From assembly GCA_050273025.1 (NCBI GenBank), contig CP158636.1:5456001-5520000 (forward strand): a DNA stretch of 64,000 bases, written 5' to 3'. Shown in pieces: positions 13,576 through 27,100 of this stretch. Every line of letters begins with the position of its first letter. Positions within the stretch are counted from its first letter, which is position 1. Below the pieces are notes generated by a model. The model saw only the letters and a list, made by a program, of their open reading frames with translations. It did no database searches and was not told the DNA's origin. Both the position numbers and the translations under genes were made by a program. Source of the DNA: Cenococcum geophilum (lineage: Eukaryota).

Positions 13576-13847
13576 CCGTCGTCGTCTCCCCCTTCGCTCC
13601 TCCGTCGTCGTCTCCCCCTTCGCTCCTCCGTCGTCGTCTCCCCCTTCACTCCTCTGTCGTCGTCTCCCCCTTCGCTCCTCCGTCGTCATCTCCCCCTTCG
13701 CTCCTCCGTCGTCGTCTCCCCCTTCGCTCCTCCGTCGTCGTCTCCCCCTTCGCTCCTCCGTCGTCGTCTCCCCCTTCGCTCCTCCGTCGTCGTCTCCCCC
13801 TTCGCTCCTCCGTCGTCGTCTCCCCCTTCGCTCCTCCGTCGTCGTCG
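13576..13847 (+). repeat. 26-27-bp pyrimidine-rich minisatellite (CCGTCGTCGTCTCCCCCTTCGCTCCT) x~10
   Basis: Near-identical tandem units read directly. Confidence 0.95.
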
Positions 13848-13904
13848 CTATGGCGCCGCAGGCTATATAGCCCCTAAGGACACGTCACCGGACGCAACCT
13901 CTAC

Positions 13905-14765
13905 CACAACCAGTCTACAGCCATCACGCTATAGACGACCTCTTCACAACCTATCTACAGCCATCGCGCTGCAGACGACCTCCACAACCTATCTACGGCC
14001 GTTACGCTGCAGACAACCTCTCCACAACCTATCTACAGCCGTCGCGCTGCAGACGACCTCCATAACCTATTTACGGCCATCACGCTGCAGACGACCTCTC
14101 CATAACCTATCTACAGCTATCGCGCTGCAGACGACCTCCACAACCTATCTACAGCCATCACGCTGCAGACGACCTATCCACAACCTATCTACGGCCATTA
14201 CGCTGCAGACGACCTCTTCACAACCTATCTACAGCCATCGCGCTACAAACGACCTATCCACAACCTATCTACGGCCATTACACTATAGACGACCTCTCTA
14301 CAACCTATCTACAGCCATCGCGCTGCAGACGACCTCCACAACCTATCTACGGCCATTACGCTATAGATAACCTCTCCACAACCTATCTACAGCCGTCGCG
14401 CTACAGATGACCTCCACAACCTATCTACGGCCATTACGCTGCAGACGACCTCTCTACAACCTATCTACAGCTATCGCGCTACAAACGACCTCTACAACCT
14501 GTCTACAGCTATTACGCTACAGACGACCTATCCACAATCTACCTATAGCCATCACGCTACAGACGACCTCCACAACCTGTCTACAGCCATCGCGCTACAA
14601 ATAACCTCCACAACCTGTCTACAGCCATCGCGCTGCAGACGACCTCTACAACCTATCTATAGCTATCGCGCTGTAGACGACCTCTATAACCTATCTATAG
14701 CCATCACGCTGCAAACGACCTCCATAACCTATCTATAGCTATCGCGCTATAAACGACCTCTACCA
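13905..14765 (+). repeat. 38/40-bp tandem array (ACAACCTATCTACAGCCATCGCGCTGCAGACGACCTCC) x~22
   Basis: Tandem units with RIP-type variants and a mix of 38- and 40-bp lengths. Confidence 0.95.
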
Positions 14766-15895
14766 CAACCGCCACTACCGCTATAATATACTATATAATA
14801 CCGCACTATAGGCGTACCGCAGATGCGTAAATAGGGGTGGCTATAGTAGGGGAGGGAAAGGGGCCGGCCTGTGTTACTTTAGCACGTTAAATCTAAGGTA
14901 TATAGGCGAATTGGTGTTTATACCCTATATAAGACAACTTCGTGAAAATTTTCCTATGGGAGTGGGTTTACGTAACGAGGTTTGCCCTTATAAAATACCA
15001 TTAGTAGGTTATTTTTAGGGAGAGTACCTATTAATTACTAATTCCCTACCTATTTCTTTAGCAAGGAGAAAAGATAGGGTATAGAATAAAAAGTCGCTTT
15101 AGGGGTAATTAGTAGCTGCTTCTAAGCTAGTAAGCTATTATAACGCCTCTTATTCTTAAGTGCAAAACTATTTAATAAAAATCTTTTTTTTAGAGCGCTT
15201 TTTCTACTCTAGGAACGGCAGAATATGGTAGAAATAGATAAAAGAGCTAGGATTTCCTTAGTGCGATTTTCTTAGCATAAACTAGACTATAGTAAGCAAG
15301 ATATTAAAACAAAACACTAATAGGCTAGGAGCTCCCCCTAGTATTTAAAACGGGCTAGAGTGTCCACTTAGCTACTAGTATATATTAAGCTGCCTAGGAA
15401 GGATTTATATATATAAAACTATAGCGCCATAGCCTAGAGGCTGCATGTGTAATATTGTATGTAGTATAATACAACGGATATAAAAAAAAAAAAAAAAAAA
15501 AAAAATAAGGAAGGGGATGTTATACTACCTTCGTCCGTTAACGCGGAGGTAAATCTATAAAATAGTTATAATAGGTAGTCCTATCTATCCGTTATAACCA
15601 CAAATAGGAACTAGTTTAGGCAGTTCTTTAAGGGGTATATTTAAAAAGTCTGCTAGTTTTGCAGCGTACTTTATATTAATTAAGGTAAAGGTATTTACTC
15701 CTAAGTTAGCTAAAGTAGAGGTTAAAACTTAATATCTATTATAAAATAAAGTATAAGGGATAGTGTAGCTTTTTTTACTAACTAGCCGACCTAGATCGAT
15801 ATATAATATATTAATCCCTTTTAACCCTAGAGAGGAGTTTTTCTCTAAGGTTCCTCTTTTTCTGGCTTTATACTATCCTCCTAAATTAATAAAAC

Positions 15896-18861
15896 TGTCT
15901 GTATAAGTAGAGGTTACGTAGTTATATCTCTGATTAGTTATCCTTACGGTGACTTATCAGCCCCCTATTTAGGCACCGCGATCCTTATAATCCTCTGCGA
16001 AAGACACAAATGAATTAAAGAACCTGTTACCTTATATTGCAATTACAGTACCCCCCTAGGTAATACCGACACTAATTAGTTGATATTATAGATTAGCCAG
16101 GTGTTATTACAAAGAGAGACACCACGCGATCGCTCCTACTAAGGCCCGTTAACTATGTTGTGTTTACTAAGGAGAACCCTTTCTATATAGGCCCTGGGAA
16201 CTTAAAGAACCGACTCCTCTAAGGCTTTATTCAGTTCGCGTCTATTACGCAAATTAACCCCATATAATCTCTTTACTAAGTACCAGTACCCCTAATACCT
16301 AAGAGAGACACTATGCAATCGCTTTTACTAAGGCCTATTAATCTTATTGCGTTTGCTAAGGAGAACCCTTCCTACTAAGGCCCTAGGAACTTAAGAACCG
16401 ACTCCTACTAAGGCTTTGTTCGGTTCGCGTCCACTATATAAAATTAATACCCAGTATAACCTCTTTACTAAGCGCCAGTACCCCCTAATATTTATTAACC
16501 GCTTAATACGTAAGACTATAACCTACACCACAATCTATACTAGTTAATTATGTTTAATATAGGAACCCAACGTCCGAACTGGAGTAATGGAATTACCTTA
16601 ACCAACGAGACTACCGTAGAAGACATTACTAACTACATTAACTTTAAAATTAATAAGTACACTAAATACAACTTTAAAGACAAAAGCCTATAGGAATTAT
16701 ACTAAGAGGACTTTAATAATTTTAAGGTATAGATATTTAAAGACGCTAATAGGCCTGCACTTATGGGACTTAAATAATTACTCCGACGCAACAGAGTATG
16801 GGTCTTTAATAAGAAGAGTAAGTTAGTACTATAAGCACTATATAATGTCGCCCACGAAGACAACCCTATAGAATGGTTAGATGCAGAAATTAAGCTATAT
16901 ATTGACAATAAAGGACGCTTTAATTCGTATATTATTAACCGCTGTCTTAAATTACGTTCATTAACTCCCTTAACGGCACCTACCCCAACCCCAGCTGTCT
17001 TGAATGACCTCCCTACGGCCGAGCCTCCCTCACCTACGAACGTCACGGCTCCCCCTACGGACGTCACGGCCCCCTCTACGAACGTCACGGCTCCCCCTAT
17101 AAATATTATAGCTCCTTCTACAGAAGCCAAAGCCACTACCTATAGCAGAGACTTAGTAACCTTAGTAAAGATATATATGGAGGAAAGTAAGTACAGCGGA
17201 GAGGATAATAACTTTAACCGTAAGCTTATAATTTTTAATAACCTTTATAACAGGGTTGATATACTATAAGAGGTAAAGATTAAAGGCTTTCCGATAATGC
17301 TATGGGGTATTGCTCTTAACTTTTACTATAAGAATAAGGCAACCTATACCACCTTTAATAGTATCTATAATGCTATATATAACTACTTTAAAGGACTAGA
17401 ATATAAGCGTGGAATCTTAGCAAAATGGAACACTATAACCTTAAAGACCGTAATAATAAAAAATAAAGGCAAGTCTATAGGGGACTGCCTATAGCTACTG
17501 CTTAACAACCTCCGTTATTTATAGCATGGTTTTAACGCTAACCTCCGCAATAATAACTTCCTATATAATAAGCTCATTATTGCTTATTAAGACGTTACTA
17601 CTTACCAGGTAGCTTGCTCCAACCTACCTACTATACTTACTGGCCTTATAAACAGCTTATAATTGTTAATTGTTACTTATAAGAAGATTAATAGTACTAT
17701 AGGATAACCTGCTAATATGTTCTTATAGCCTACGGAATAGCCTACGGACGTATTCTTTACTAACTATTGCTACTACTAACTAACGTCTTAACTAAGTTTA
17801 TTAAATAATTGTTATAGCAATAATGCTAGGATATGCTTTATATGTAAGAAAGGAGACTATTAGTTAACTAGGTATACTAAAGAAGAACGTAATAAAGTAA
17901 GAGAAGGATTTAAAAGATATGTCCACTAGTACCTTACGGATAATAATATTGATGACAACTTTAATAAGGATATAATGGCTATAGCATTTAATATATTAAC
18001 CTTAACTGCAGTTCCTACTAGCGGTAACTTCTTTTATAACGACTATAGTATTAAGTACTTTATAACCTTAAACGGACTAATACCGATTAAAACAGCTAAG
18101 AATATAGTTACGTTTATAAACAACGATGCCTTTACCTATAGCCTTATGGGTAGCATAGAGCCTAGTAGTATAAACCCTAGTGGTACGGAACCTAGTATAG
18201 TAAGGCGCGGTAATGTTAATAATAAGAGTAGCAATAATAAGGGCAAGAGCGCTACCTACCTCTATAATAATAACCCTCCCAACCTTACCGTTAATATTAA
18301 CTTCCTTAACTATTATTTCGACGATAACAGATAGGACTTAGCCCTTCTACCTGCTTCCCCTATAGTTTGTAATAACTTTTATACCTTTTAAAGCCGCCAC
18401 ACCTTTAGTTCTAACTTTAACTACGCTCTGTTATGGGACACCTTAGTAACACCTTATACGCGCCTACCTGTCTCCACCGCAATATCTAAATGTTCACGAT
18501 ATCCGCAATATTCGTAATATCCGTAGCGATATCCGTAATACCTATAACAATATCCGCAACGTCTACAATATCCGTAATATTCGCAATACCTAAGATATTC
18601 GCGATTACTGCCCTAAGCACCTGTTGACCTATATACTTCTCCTTTATACTTTCTTACCTTCTTTCCTTTTTATAAATGTCGCCAGTGTCTATATAAGTAG
18701 AGGTTACGTAGTTATGTCTCTGATTAGTCATCCTTACAGTGACTTATTAGCCCCCTATTTAGGCACCGCGATCCTTATAATTCTCTACGAAAGACACGAA
18801 TAAATTAAAGAACCTGTTACCTTATATTGCAATTATAGTACCCCCCTAGGTGATACCGACA
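15896..18861 (+). mobile_element. Ty1/Copia-type LTR element, internally deleted (gag only)
   Basis: 176-bp LTRs TGTC..GACA at 15896-16071 and 18686-18861; TSD AAAAC/AGAAC; gag motif LATLAKMYTEESKYSGEDDNFD..KGFPTMLRGIALDFYY (ORFs 17000-17269, 17297-17494) and a Cys/His knuckle (~17835); no integrase/RT/RNase H. Confidence 0.8.
16112..16490 (+). repeat. ~190-bp direct duplication in the 5' leader of the Copia derivative
   Basis: AAGAGAGACAC...GGAGAACCCTTTC...ACCAGTACCCC occurs twice in tandem. Confidence 0.8.
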
Positions 18862-20128
18862 AGAACCTTATTTATTTTTACCTTTATTAGGTAGTTCCTT
18901 ATAGGGTAGCCTATTTAACCGTATAAAAAGCAAGCTCCTTAATTACTAAGGGCCTATATATAGGGGTCGCTATATATAGGCTGGGTGTATACCGGGCCCA
19001 TAGTAGGGGTAGCTGCGCGGCTAGCTGCTAGGTTAACTATAGGAGTTGCCAATTATGCCGGGGCACTATAGGCTATACTTGCAGTACTTATAGCCTAGTT
19101 TACGAGGTTTCTAGTTTTTAGCTAGTTAGCGCGTGCCTTAATTTAATAGAGGCCTTAGTTAATAGCTAGGTAATAATCCGTAAGTTCCTTTAACGTCTAT
19201 ACTGTAGTATAAGCTAGTAATATGGCCCGCTATAGGTCTAGGGTAAGCTTATTAAAGAGGTCTAGTAGTAGGTCTTCCTAGGGGACCTAGGCCTATCCGG
19301 CTAGGTATAGAAAGCGGGTTTAGAAGGCTAAAAAGGTCTCCGTTGTTTTTATGTTTAGGCTTTTATAGCTAAGGCGGGCGTTCTATACTTTAAAAGGGTC
19401 TTTATAAATAGAAGACAAGTATTTAATTATTTCTTCTTTAGAGATAAAGGGGTCTACTAAGTCTTTAGTATATCGCAGGCGTAAATGCGTTTAGGCGTCT
19501 TCGCTAGTACAGCTAAAAATATAGGCCATTCTAGCTCGGGCGTTAGGGAAGTAGTCTGCATTAACTTTAAGCTTATCCCGTAATTAAAGCTTCTAATTGT
19601 TAAATATAGGGTCGGTTCCGTCTGTAAGTAGCGGGGGATTTGCGACCTTTACCGACCGCTTTAGTACTATATAGGCCTCAGTGGATCCGCTAAGGCGCTA
19701 GAATAGGGCCTAAAGGACTATAGTAAGTCTTTAGTTGCCTAATAATGACTTATTATTAGATATAGGGGTATCTCTAGCTTCGAGCAGCTCTTATAGTTAT
19801 TTAATTTCGGTATTAGTAGCCGCAAGCTCCGCCTAGGGGGTTAAAACGTTAATTATTTCTTTATCTAAAGTATTTAAGGGTCCTGCAGCTGCTTTACCTA
19901 CTACTATAGTTTATAGTATAGTGGTAGGGGTGTTAGGTAATTCTAGGTAATTTTTTTTAGGGGTTCTAGTCTGTGCGTGTCTTGTAGGTTCTTTCCTTAG
20001 GGTTCTATTTTTTTCTTTTAGGTCCTGTCCTTGTGGTTCTAGTAATATCCTTAGGGTCCTATTCTATATTTTTGTAGATATTTTTAAGTTCCTTCTTAGG
20101 AAGAAAGAGTAGAGTAAGCTTTAGATAA

Positions 20129-20365
20129 TGTTAGTGACTTAGTTAATTAAGACATAAGCACGGCAAAAGGGTCGCGTAAGCCTGTATAATTGGATTGTCT
20201 ATAAACGAGAATCTAAAGCTAGGGAAAGGAAAGGAGAAGAAGAGTAGCGCCGTTTGGTATTTTATAAGATCTTTACGTCACGTAATCGCAATATGCGGCA
20301 ATCTGTAGCAATCTGTAGCAATTTGCCAGCGCGAAGTTCTGCCAAGTTCTGCTAGTGCCGTAATA
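20129..20365 (-). repeat. 5' LTR of Gypsy A
   Basis: TG..(CA>TA) termini with imperfect inverted ends, upstream of minus-strand gag; the partner LTR is outside the window. Confidence 0.65.
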
Positions 20366-21171
20366 CTTAACCTACAACGCCAATTAATCCTAGAAGAATT
20401 TAATTTATTAGTCTTAGCCTTAACCCCTAAGGAGATAGACACTAATAATATCTTATCTATTATTAACTATATAACTATAGATAAGCAAATAAAAGAGCTA
20501 CTACCTATTAAAATTAAAATATAAGACACTAAGACGTTTATAAAAATAGTAGTATAAGACCCTAATAAATACTACCGCTTTTTATAGAACTACTACCTAA
20601 AGCTTATATAAGCTAAGATATATACTACCTAAGATTGTAATATTATTTAAGACCTATAAGCTTATAAGGCGCTCGCTAATAATATATATTAAGAAACTAA
20701 AGATAACCTCCGTATATCTAAACGCGACATCTAATAGTTAAAGAAGGCTAAGATTATACTAATTACTACAGTTACTAAAAGAGAAGGCATAATTAAATAC
20801 CTATAATCTTAGCTTAATAAGTATATTTATAATAATACTAAACACCTTTTTACTATATATAACGCCACCTAAGTCTCTATACCTTTAGTAACTTTACCTA
20901 CTTAACGCTTAATAGAGGGCTAGCGCTAAATAGCTTTACCTAATAGGAACCCCTACTAAAGTAGTAATAATAAAAGCTATAATAATTAAACCTAAATTGC
21001 TATTATAGGGTCTAATATACGCTACCCTAATCCCCTAGTTTTTTAGGGAGACCGTAAGAAATATAGCTACTAAAAGATGCAAATCTGCAAGAAACTAACT
21101 TAGAGCGCCTACCTTTTTCCTATAAAAGATACTAAAATCGGCTATATTATTGGGCGAATAAAGGGTATACC

Positions 21172-24100
21172 TGTAACGGCGCTATCGCATATTACCTGCC
21201 AAATTCTACTATATTCTGCCAACCTGTAATTAGCCCGCCTAAAGCTAGCGCCTTGGCGGCTTACCTTATATATTTATTTACATTGGTCCTAGCGACCCCT
21301 TTTCATTCTCTTTAGCTTAGTATCTTTGTAATATAGTATTCTATAAGCTTTAGTTTAGAGGTATTTATATAAGCCGTAATATTATACTAAGCTTACCCTA
21401 CCTTACCTAGGAAGGCCTTAATAATATCCTACCCTAAAGAAACTTCATCTGTAACGACGCATTAATACACTATACTTAGACACTAAAACAACTCTATATT
21501 GCCTGGGAAGGCCTAGATAATATCCTACCTTATAAGCTAGATAGAACTAGACCTATACCCCCGGAATTAAAACTAAAGCGTATAATACTAATAAACCTTA
21601 GGAAGCTAATAATGGCACTTAAAGTAAGCTTATTTAAAAGAGCTGCCTCTATTTAAAAGGAACCTAAGATCTAATTAGGATTAGAAATTAAAGATAATAA
21701 TAACGTTATAGATATACGCGAGTAGATTCGCGCCCTTGTAGCCAGCTAGGAAGCCAATTATCTTAAAGTAAGAAATATATAAGAGACCCTATAAGAAATT
21801 CTAAAAAGCCTTACGGCCCTATAAAATAGCCCGGCTTCCCCTTTTTAAAGCCCTAACTAACCTATTTACTCTACTAAATGCGATATACTAGGGAGTATGG
21901 ATATAATAATAAAGTAATTAAAGTCCGTTAAGCTCCTTAACCCCCTACTACTATTTAATAGGATAGACCCTACCTTTAAAAATTAGAGGATTTAAGTATA
22001 AGGAAAGCTCCGTATTAACTATAACTATTTTCTTTCTAAAGAAGCTAAAATGCTCTACCTCTTTAGTTAAACTACTAGGGACGCCTAATAGCACCTTTAA
22101 GCTAAGTTTAAGGACGACTCCCCTATCTAATTTATATCTATTAATAAAATTATATAGTATCTAGCGGCTATTTATATTAACCCAAACAAAGTATAGGATG
22201 CCTATTATAACTATAATTGCCTAATAATAAAACTAAACTAACCCTTTACTAAATTCTAGACTTAATTTTTACGCCTTATAGGAGAAGGCTAGGTTCCCCT
22301 TAAGAACTACTAATTAGACTTATATAATAAGCTAATAATCTAGCTATAAAAAAAGATTGCTATAACCTTAGATAACCTACTAACCTATAAAAGACTTATA
22401 GCTTATTACCTATTATTAGACTTAGAATTAAAGCGGATTAACGCCTACTCTAATTAGTAAAAGCGACTCCGTAATAATTAGAACTCGCTAGCTATACCTA
22501 TAGGAGCTAAAGCAGGAAGATAAGTTACAACTACTCTTATACTAAAGGCGGTTATAACTATATACTAGTAAGCCTCGCCCGACTAATTACATACTACGCT
22601 ATTAACTAATATTCGCCGCAATACTCTAATTAACCCTGCCTCGGCTACATACTATAACTGTAATAAATAGGGTTACTTTACCTTATCCTGCCCGGAGCTA
22701 AAGGATATAGGCGATATTAAGGAAATAGAGAAAGGAGAAACGTCTAATAAGTTAAGAAAAGAAGAACCCTAGGGAAAGACTCCCCCCTAGGGTACTCTAT
22801 TAATCTTAAAGAGATTAATTTTAGTTAGTTAATATCACGGCTCAAATAAATGCCTCTAAACCGAAGCTTAAAAAAATGCTATATTACGAAGATACTAAGC
22901 TAAAGAGAAGGAAAAGGGGTCGCTAGGACCGATGTAAATAAATATATAGGGTAAGCCGCTAAGGCGCTAGCTTTAGGCGGGCTAATTATAGGTTAGCAGA
23001 ATATAGCAGAATTTGGCAGGTAACGTGCGATAGCGCCGTTACATCACCCCCCTCTTTAAAAGAAAGTCTGCCTTTAGGCTTAGTTAGAAATAGGGTAGCA
23101 CTAGGCTTATAAACGTAGGATTATAAAAGTATAAGATAAGGAGATAAAGGGGATACGAGTCCGTCCTAACTAAGTACAAAGGGCGATTATGGGCTAAGTA
23201 GAAGCACTAGGCTAAAAAAAGTAGCCGCTAAAAGTCTTAGCACGGATCTAACCAATCAGACAACTTTAACCGGCGGTTAAAGTTCCTGGATATCTAAAAT
23301 TTTATAGTACTAGCAGAAAACGGCAGAATATAGTAGAATTTGGCAGATAGCTGTATTAGGGCTTTAGGGCGTTTTTATCCCTATATTCTTCTAGTAACTT
23401 ATTATCTTTATTATACTAGTATTCCATTTATTCATCTAGGTACTTTAGGGGTCCAGGCATATTAGGGTATTAGTTATAAAATTCTTTAAGCTTCTAGGGG
23501 CAGCCTATAAAGTTCCACGTAGGGTACTAGGTTAGGTTAGAATTGTAGCTTTTCCATTAGACACAGTATTTTAGCGCTCCCCATACTATCTTACAGGCCA
23601 GTATTTTATTAACCTCCCATTTATTATTACCGTTTACTTAAACTAGTAAGGGAGGCTCGTTCTTTTATCTAGGCAATAGATTGTTTATAGCTTTCCGTAA
23701 CTTATCTAGCAAGAAGATAAGGTAAACCCTAATTAAGTCTAGGAGCTTTATCTTATATAAGTTGCCTATCTTCTTAAGAACCTTATACGGTCCTACCATC
23801 TAGTAGTCCAGCTTATAGCTAGGTCGTTTAGTCCTCTAATTTCTTATTATAACCTAGACCCTATCGCTAGGGGCAAAATCGGGCTCTTAACAGTATTTAT
23901 TTACCTACTATTCTATTAACCTCTAAGCTTTTTCTAGGTTCTTATAGGCTACCATCTAGGCCTCCTCTAATTATTTAGCGTACTATTAGGCCTTAGTATA
24001 GAATAGCTTCTCTTATATAGTCTAGGGTTTTTCTAGCCTTTTCCAGTTAAAGCTTATATAGGGTAAGTATCCCATTTCTAGCTAAATTGGGGCAAACCCT

Positions 24101-27100
24101 ATAGAGTTATAGGGTAGGGTTGCTTACGCGTAGTCTATTAAAGGTAGTAGTTTAGACTAGTTATCCTAAAAATAGTTAATGAAGGGCCTAAGCCTCTAGT
24201 CTAGGTACTAATTTATAATCTCTATCTAACCGTCTATCTAGGGGTAATAAGCTATAGAAAGCTTTAGCTTAATACCTAGGATCCGGGTAAACTTATTCTA
24301 AAAGACTAATATAAACTATAGCCTATAATTGGATATAATAGTATTTAGTAGTCTGTAGATTTAGTAAACGTAATAGATATATAGCTAGGCTGCCTCTTTA
24401 GCATTAATATTCTTATAATATAGAATTAAAAATAGGCGTTTACTAAAGCGGTTAACTATAACTATAACTATATTATATCCGTTACGGTCCCTAGGTAGTT
24501 TATAAAAGTCTACAAAGATATACTGCTAAGGGCGCTCTAGTATTAGAAGTAGCTTAAATAATCCTAGGGTCTTATTCTATAGGATTATAGCTTTTTAGTA
24601 GTCTTCGCAGTTCCGTATATATTAATTAATATCTATAACTATTCTTAGCTAGTAGTAGTAGTAGTTAATAATTTTACGGGTCTTATTCTTACTAGGGTAT
24701 GCCGTAAAAACTTAGCAATAAGCTTCGCGGATTAGTTTAGTCTATAGATTATTAACGTTAGGGACTATAAGCCGCTCCTAGTATAGGAGCAATCCTTCCT
24801 CCGTTTTAAAATTAGGGGTTTCTTTTACAGCTTATTTACGGAGGGCCCTTAAGGCGTTAGCCGTACGGTTTACAGTTAGGAGGTAGTTAATTAGCCCTAT
24901 TAGCTTATCTAAGGACTCCTCTATTAGTATTAGCTCGTTTTACTAGGAGTCTAGCTCCTTAAGGATCTATAGGTTAAGCTATTCTAGATAGAAGAGGGCA
25001 CGCGTCCAATATTAGGTCTTTAGCTTATCCTAGGGTCCTACATCTTATTCTCTTTAGGTTAGGGCATTAGCCTTAAAGTTTTACTTACTAGAATAATATA
25101 TAATTATAAAGAAGAATTAGAAGAGTATTTTAGCCTACTAGGCTTATTACCTTATAAGCTACTTTATAGTTATAAAGTACTTTAGGGCTTTATAATCTAT
25201 ATATATCCTAATCTAGGAGTTCGTACCTTTAAGCTCTACGCGCTATTAGGAGAGTAATTAAATAATAGCTAGCATTTCTTTATTATATACTTTATAGTTA
25301 TACTTAGCTAGGTCTATTATCTTTAAGAAGAAAGCTATAGGATACTATTTACTGTAAGCTTTGTAGTGTATAGGAATTAAACAAGCGACTTAATTGTAAA
25401 TCTATGGAAATCAAGTAGTATATATATACGAAAGTAGACCCCTAACTCCGAGGCCTATAACTTATATTAAACGTATCCAAGACATATAAGGGTAGTGCTG
25501 ACGTAGGTAAAACAGGGCAATATACAGGGTCCAGTAGTCGGTTACATTTGCTATCTAAATATAACTATAATGGGATTCCCACTATAACCCTATTAAAGGC
25601 GTCTGTTTTTAGCATTAATTTAAGGTCTAGGTTATAGTAATAAAGGATTAGGAAAGAGATAAGCCGATCCTTTATCTCTTTAAAGGCTTCTATATAGCTA
25701 TTATTAAAGATAAAAGGCGTATCCTTCCTAGTTAGTTATATAAGAGGTTTTGCTATAATTCTATAGTTATAGATAAACTAGCGGTAGAAGTTATAAAAGC
25801 TAAAAAAGGATTAGATTCCTTTTACTATATAAAGGGGCTTCTAGTTATAAATTATCTTTACCTTTTTAGGGTTAACCTTAATTCCTTCTATAGTTATAAT
25901 AAACCTAAGGTATTTTATACGTTTTACCCTAAACTTACATTTCTTAATATTAACTTATAAGCCCGCGTTCTATAGTCTCTCTAGAACCTTTTTACTATAA
26001 ACTTAATATTTAAGTTTGTTATCTAAGTATATAAGAATATTGTCTAGGTATACTGTATAGAATTTATTAAGGTAATTAAAAAGAACATTATTTATATACC
26101 TTTAGTATATAGCCGGTCCGTTTATTAGTCTAAAAAAAACTTTATATTTATAGGAACTATAACGGGTACGGAATATTATTAAATCTTTAGATATAAGGCT
26201 ATCCTAATTTAGTAAAAAGCTTAGCGGATATTAAGTTTAGTAAAGATCTTTGCCTAGCTTAGACGTATAAGGGTTTTATTAATTAAAGGAATAGGATACT
26301 AGTCCTTTTAAGTAATAGCGTTTAGCTTTTAATAGTTAATATAAAAACGAAGGCCTTTATTAGGCTTTTTTATAAATAGGATAGGAGAAGCAAAAGGGGC
26401 TTAACTTAGCTTAATAAACCCTTTATCTAGGTTATTAATTAAGTACTACTTTATTACTTTTAGCTTATCCATTAATTAATAGTAGAGGGGGCTATAGCCT
26501 AGCGAGTTATTGGCTTTTAATTAAATCTTATAATTATATATTTGGTAGGGTGGTAATTTATCTAAGGCTGCCTTTAAGAATATATCCTTATTGTCTGTAT
26601 AAATGGTAAAAAGGAGGCGTTTAACTAGTTCCTTATTAGTTTCCTTAGCTAGCCTTTCCTCTCTATTATTAATAATTTGGTTAATCTTATATAGGCTTAT
26701 TATAAAGACCTTATTATTCTTCTGGTATATATTAAAGTAAAACGCTATAGCACTAATTATAGCAATATTTATAGTAGGGGGGTTACCTAATAATAGGGGC
26801 GTACGTAACTTTAGGAACTTCTAGGGTACTAGCATTATTATTACTCTTTTTAGCTCCTATTATATCTTTTAGAGGTTATCCCTTATATCCTACTAATACG
26901 TTCTTTTCCATACTAGTTAAATCTATATAATTTAGACGTCGTCTATATTACTATCTATCCCGCTTTTATATATAAAGTCCTCTTTAAATATAGCGCTTTA
27001 GGAGAGTATTTTTATTAGTATAGAGTTCTTTCTAGCTTCATGGCGGGCGTCCTCTTAGGTAAAGACTAGGTTATAGGCCCGGACATCCTACTAGTAAATA

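Larger units (their letters stand above)
11734..15505 (+). mobile_element. Non-LTR-type retroposed element (~3.77 kb) with a 5' HDV-like ribozyme and a 3' poly(A); apparently non-autonomous
   Basis: A24 tail at 15482-15505; TSD AATAAGGAAGGGG at 11722-11734 and 15504-15516; removing it restores Gypsy A frame RRQYNIPFLITDLGSYDIILG; no RT/APE motifs recognised. Confidence 0.85.
1..20365 (-). mobile_element. Ty3/Gypsy LTR retrotransposon A (RIP-degenerate; 3' part outside window), carrying three nested insertions
   Basis: On the minus strand: 5' LTR 20129-20365; gag with CCHC (GACFLCGQIGH..C, ~18900-18940); protease (~15680-15720); RT (YLD[D/N]II ~10450-10465); RNase H (YDKE..A, ~9880-9910). The reading continues across the TSDs of the inserts at 370-9578, 11734-15505 and 15896-18861. 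Confidence 0.9.

Noticed and set aside
14407..14604. 65-aa ORF
   Set aside because: It is a translation of the tandem array, with no evidence that it is a gene.
13905..14765. CRISPR-like array of palindromic ~38-bp repeats
   Set aside because: There are no unique spacers, the units are head-to-tail, the context is eukaryotic and no cas genes are present.
16702..17136. 144-aa minus-strand ORF
   Set aside because: It is the antisense shadow of the Pro/Thr-rich repeat in the Copia gag.
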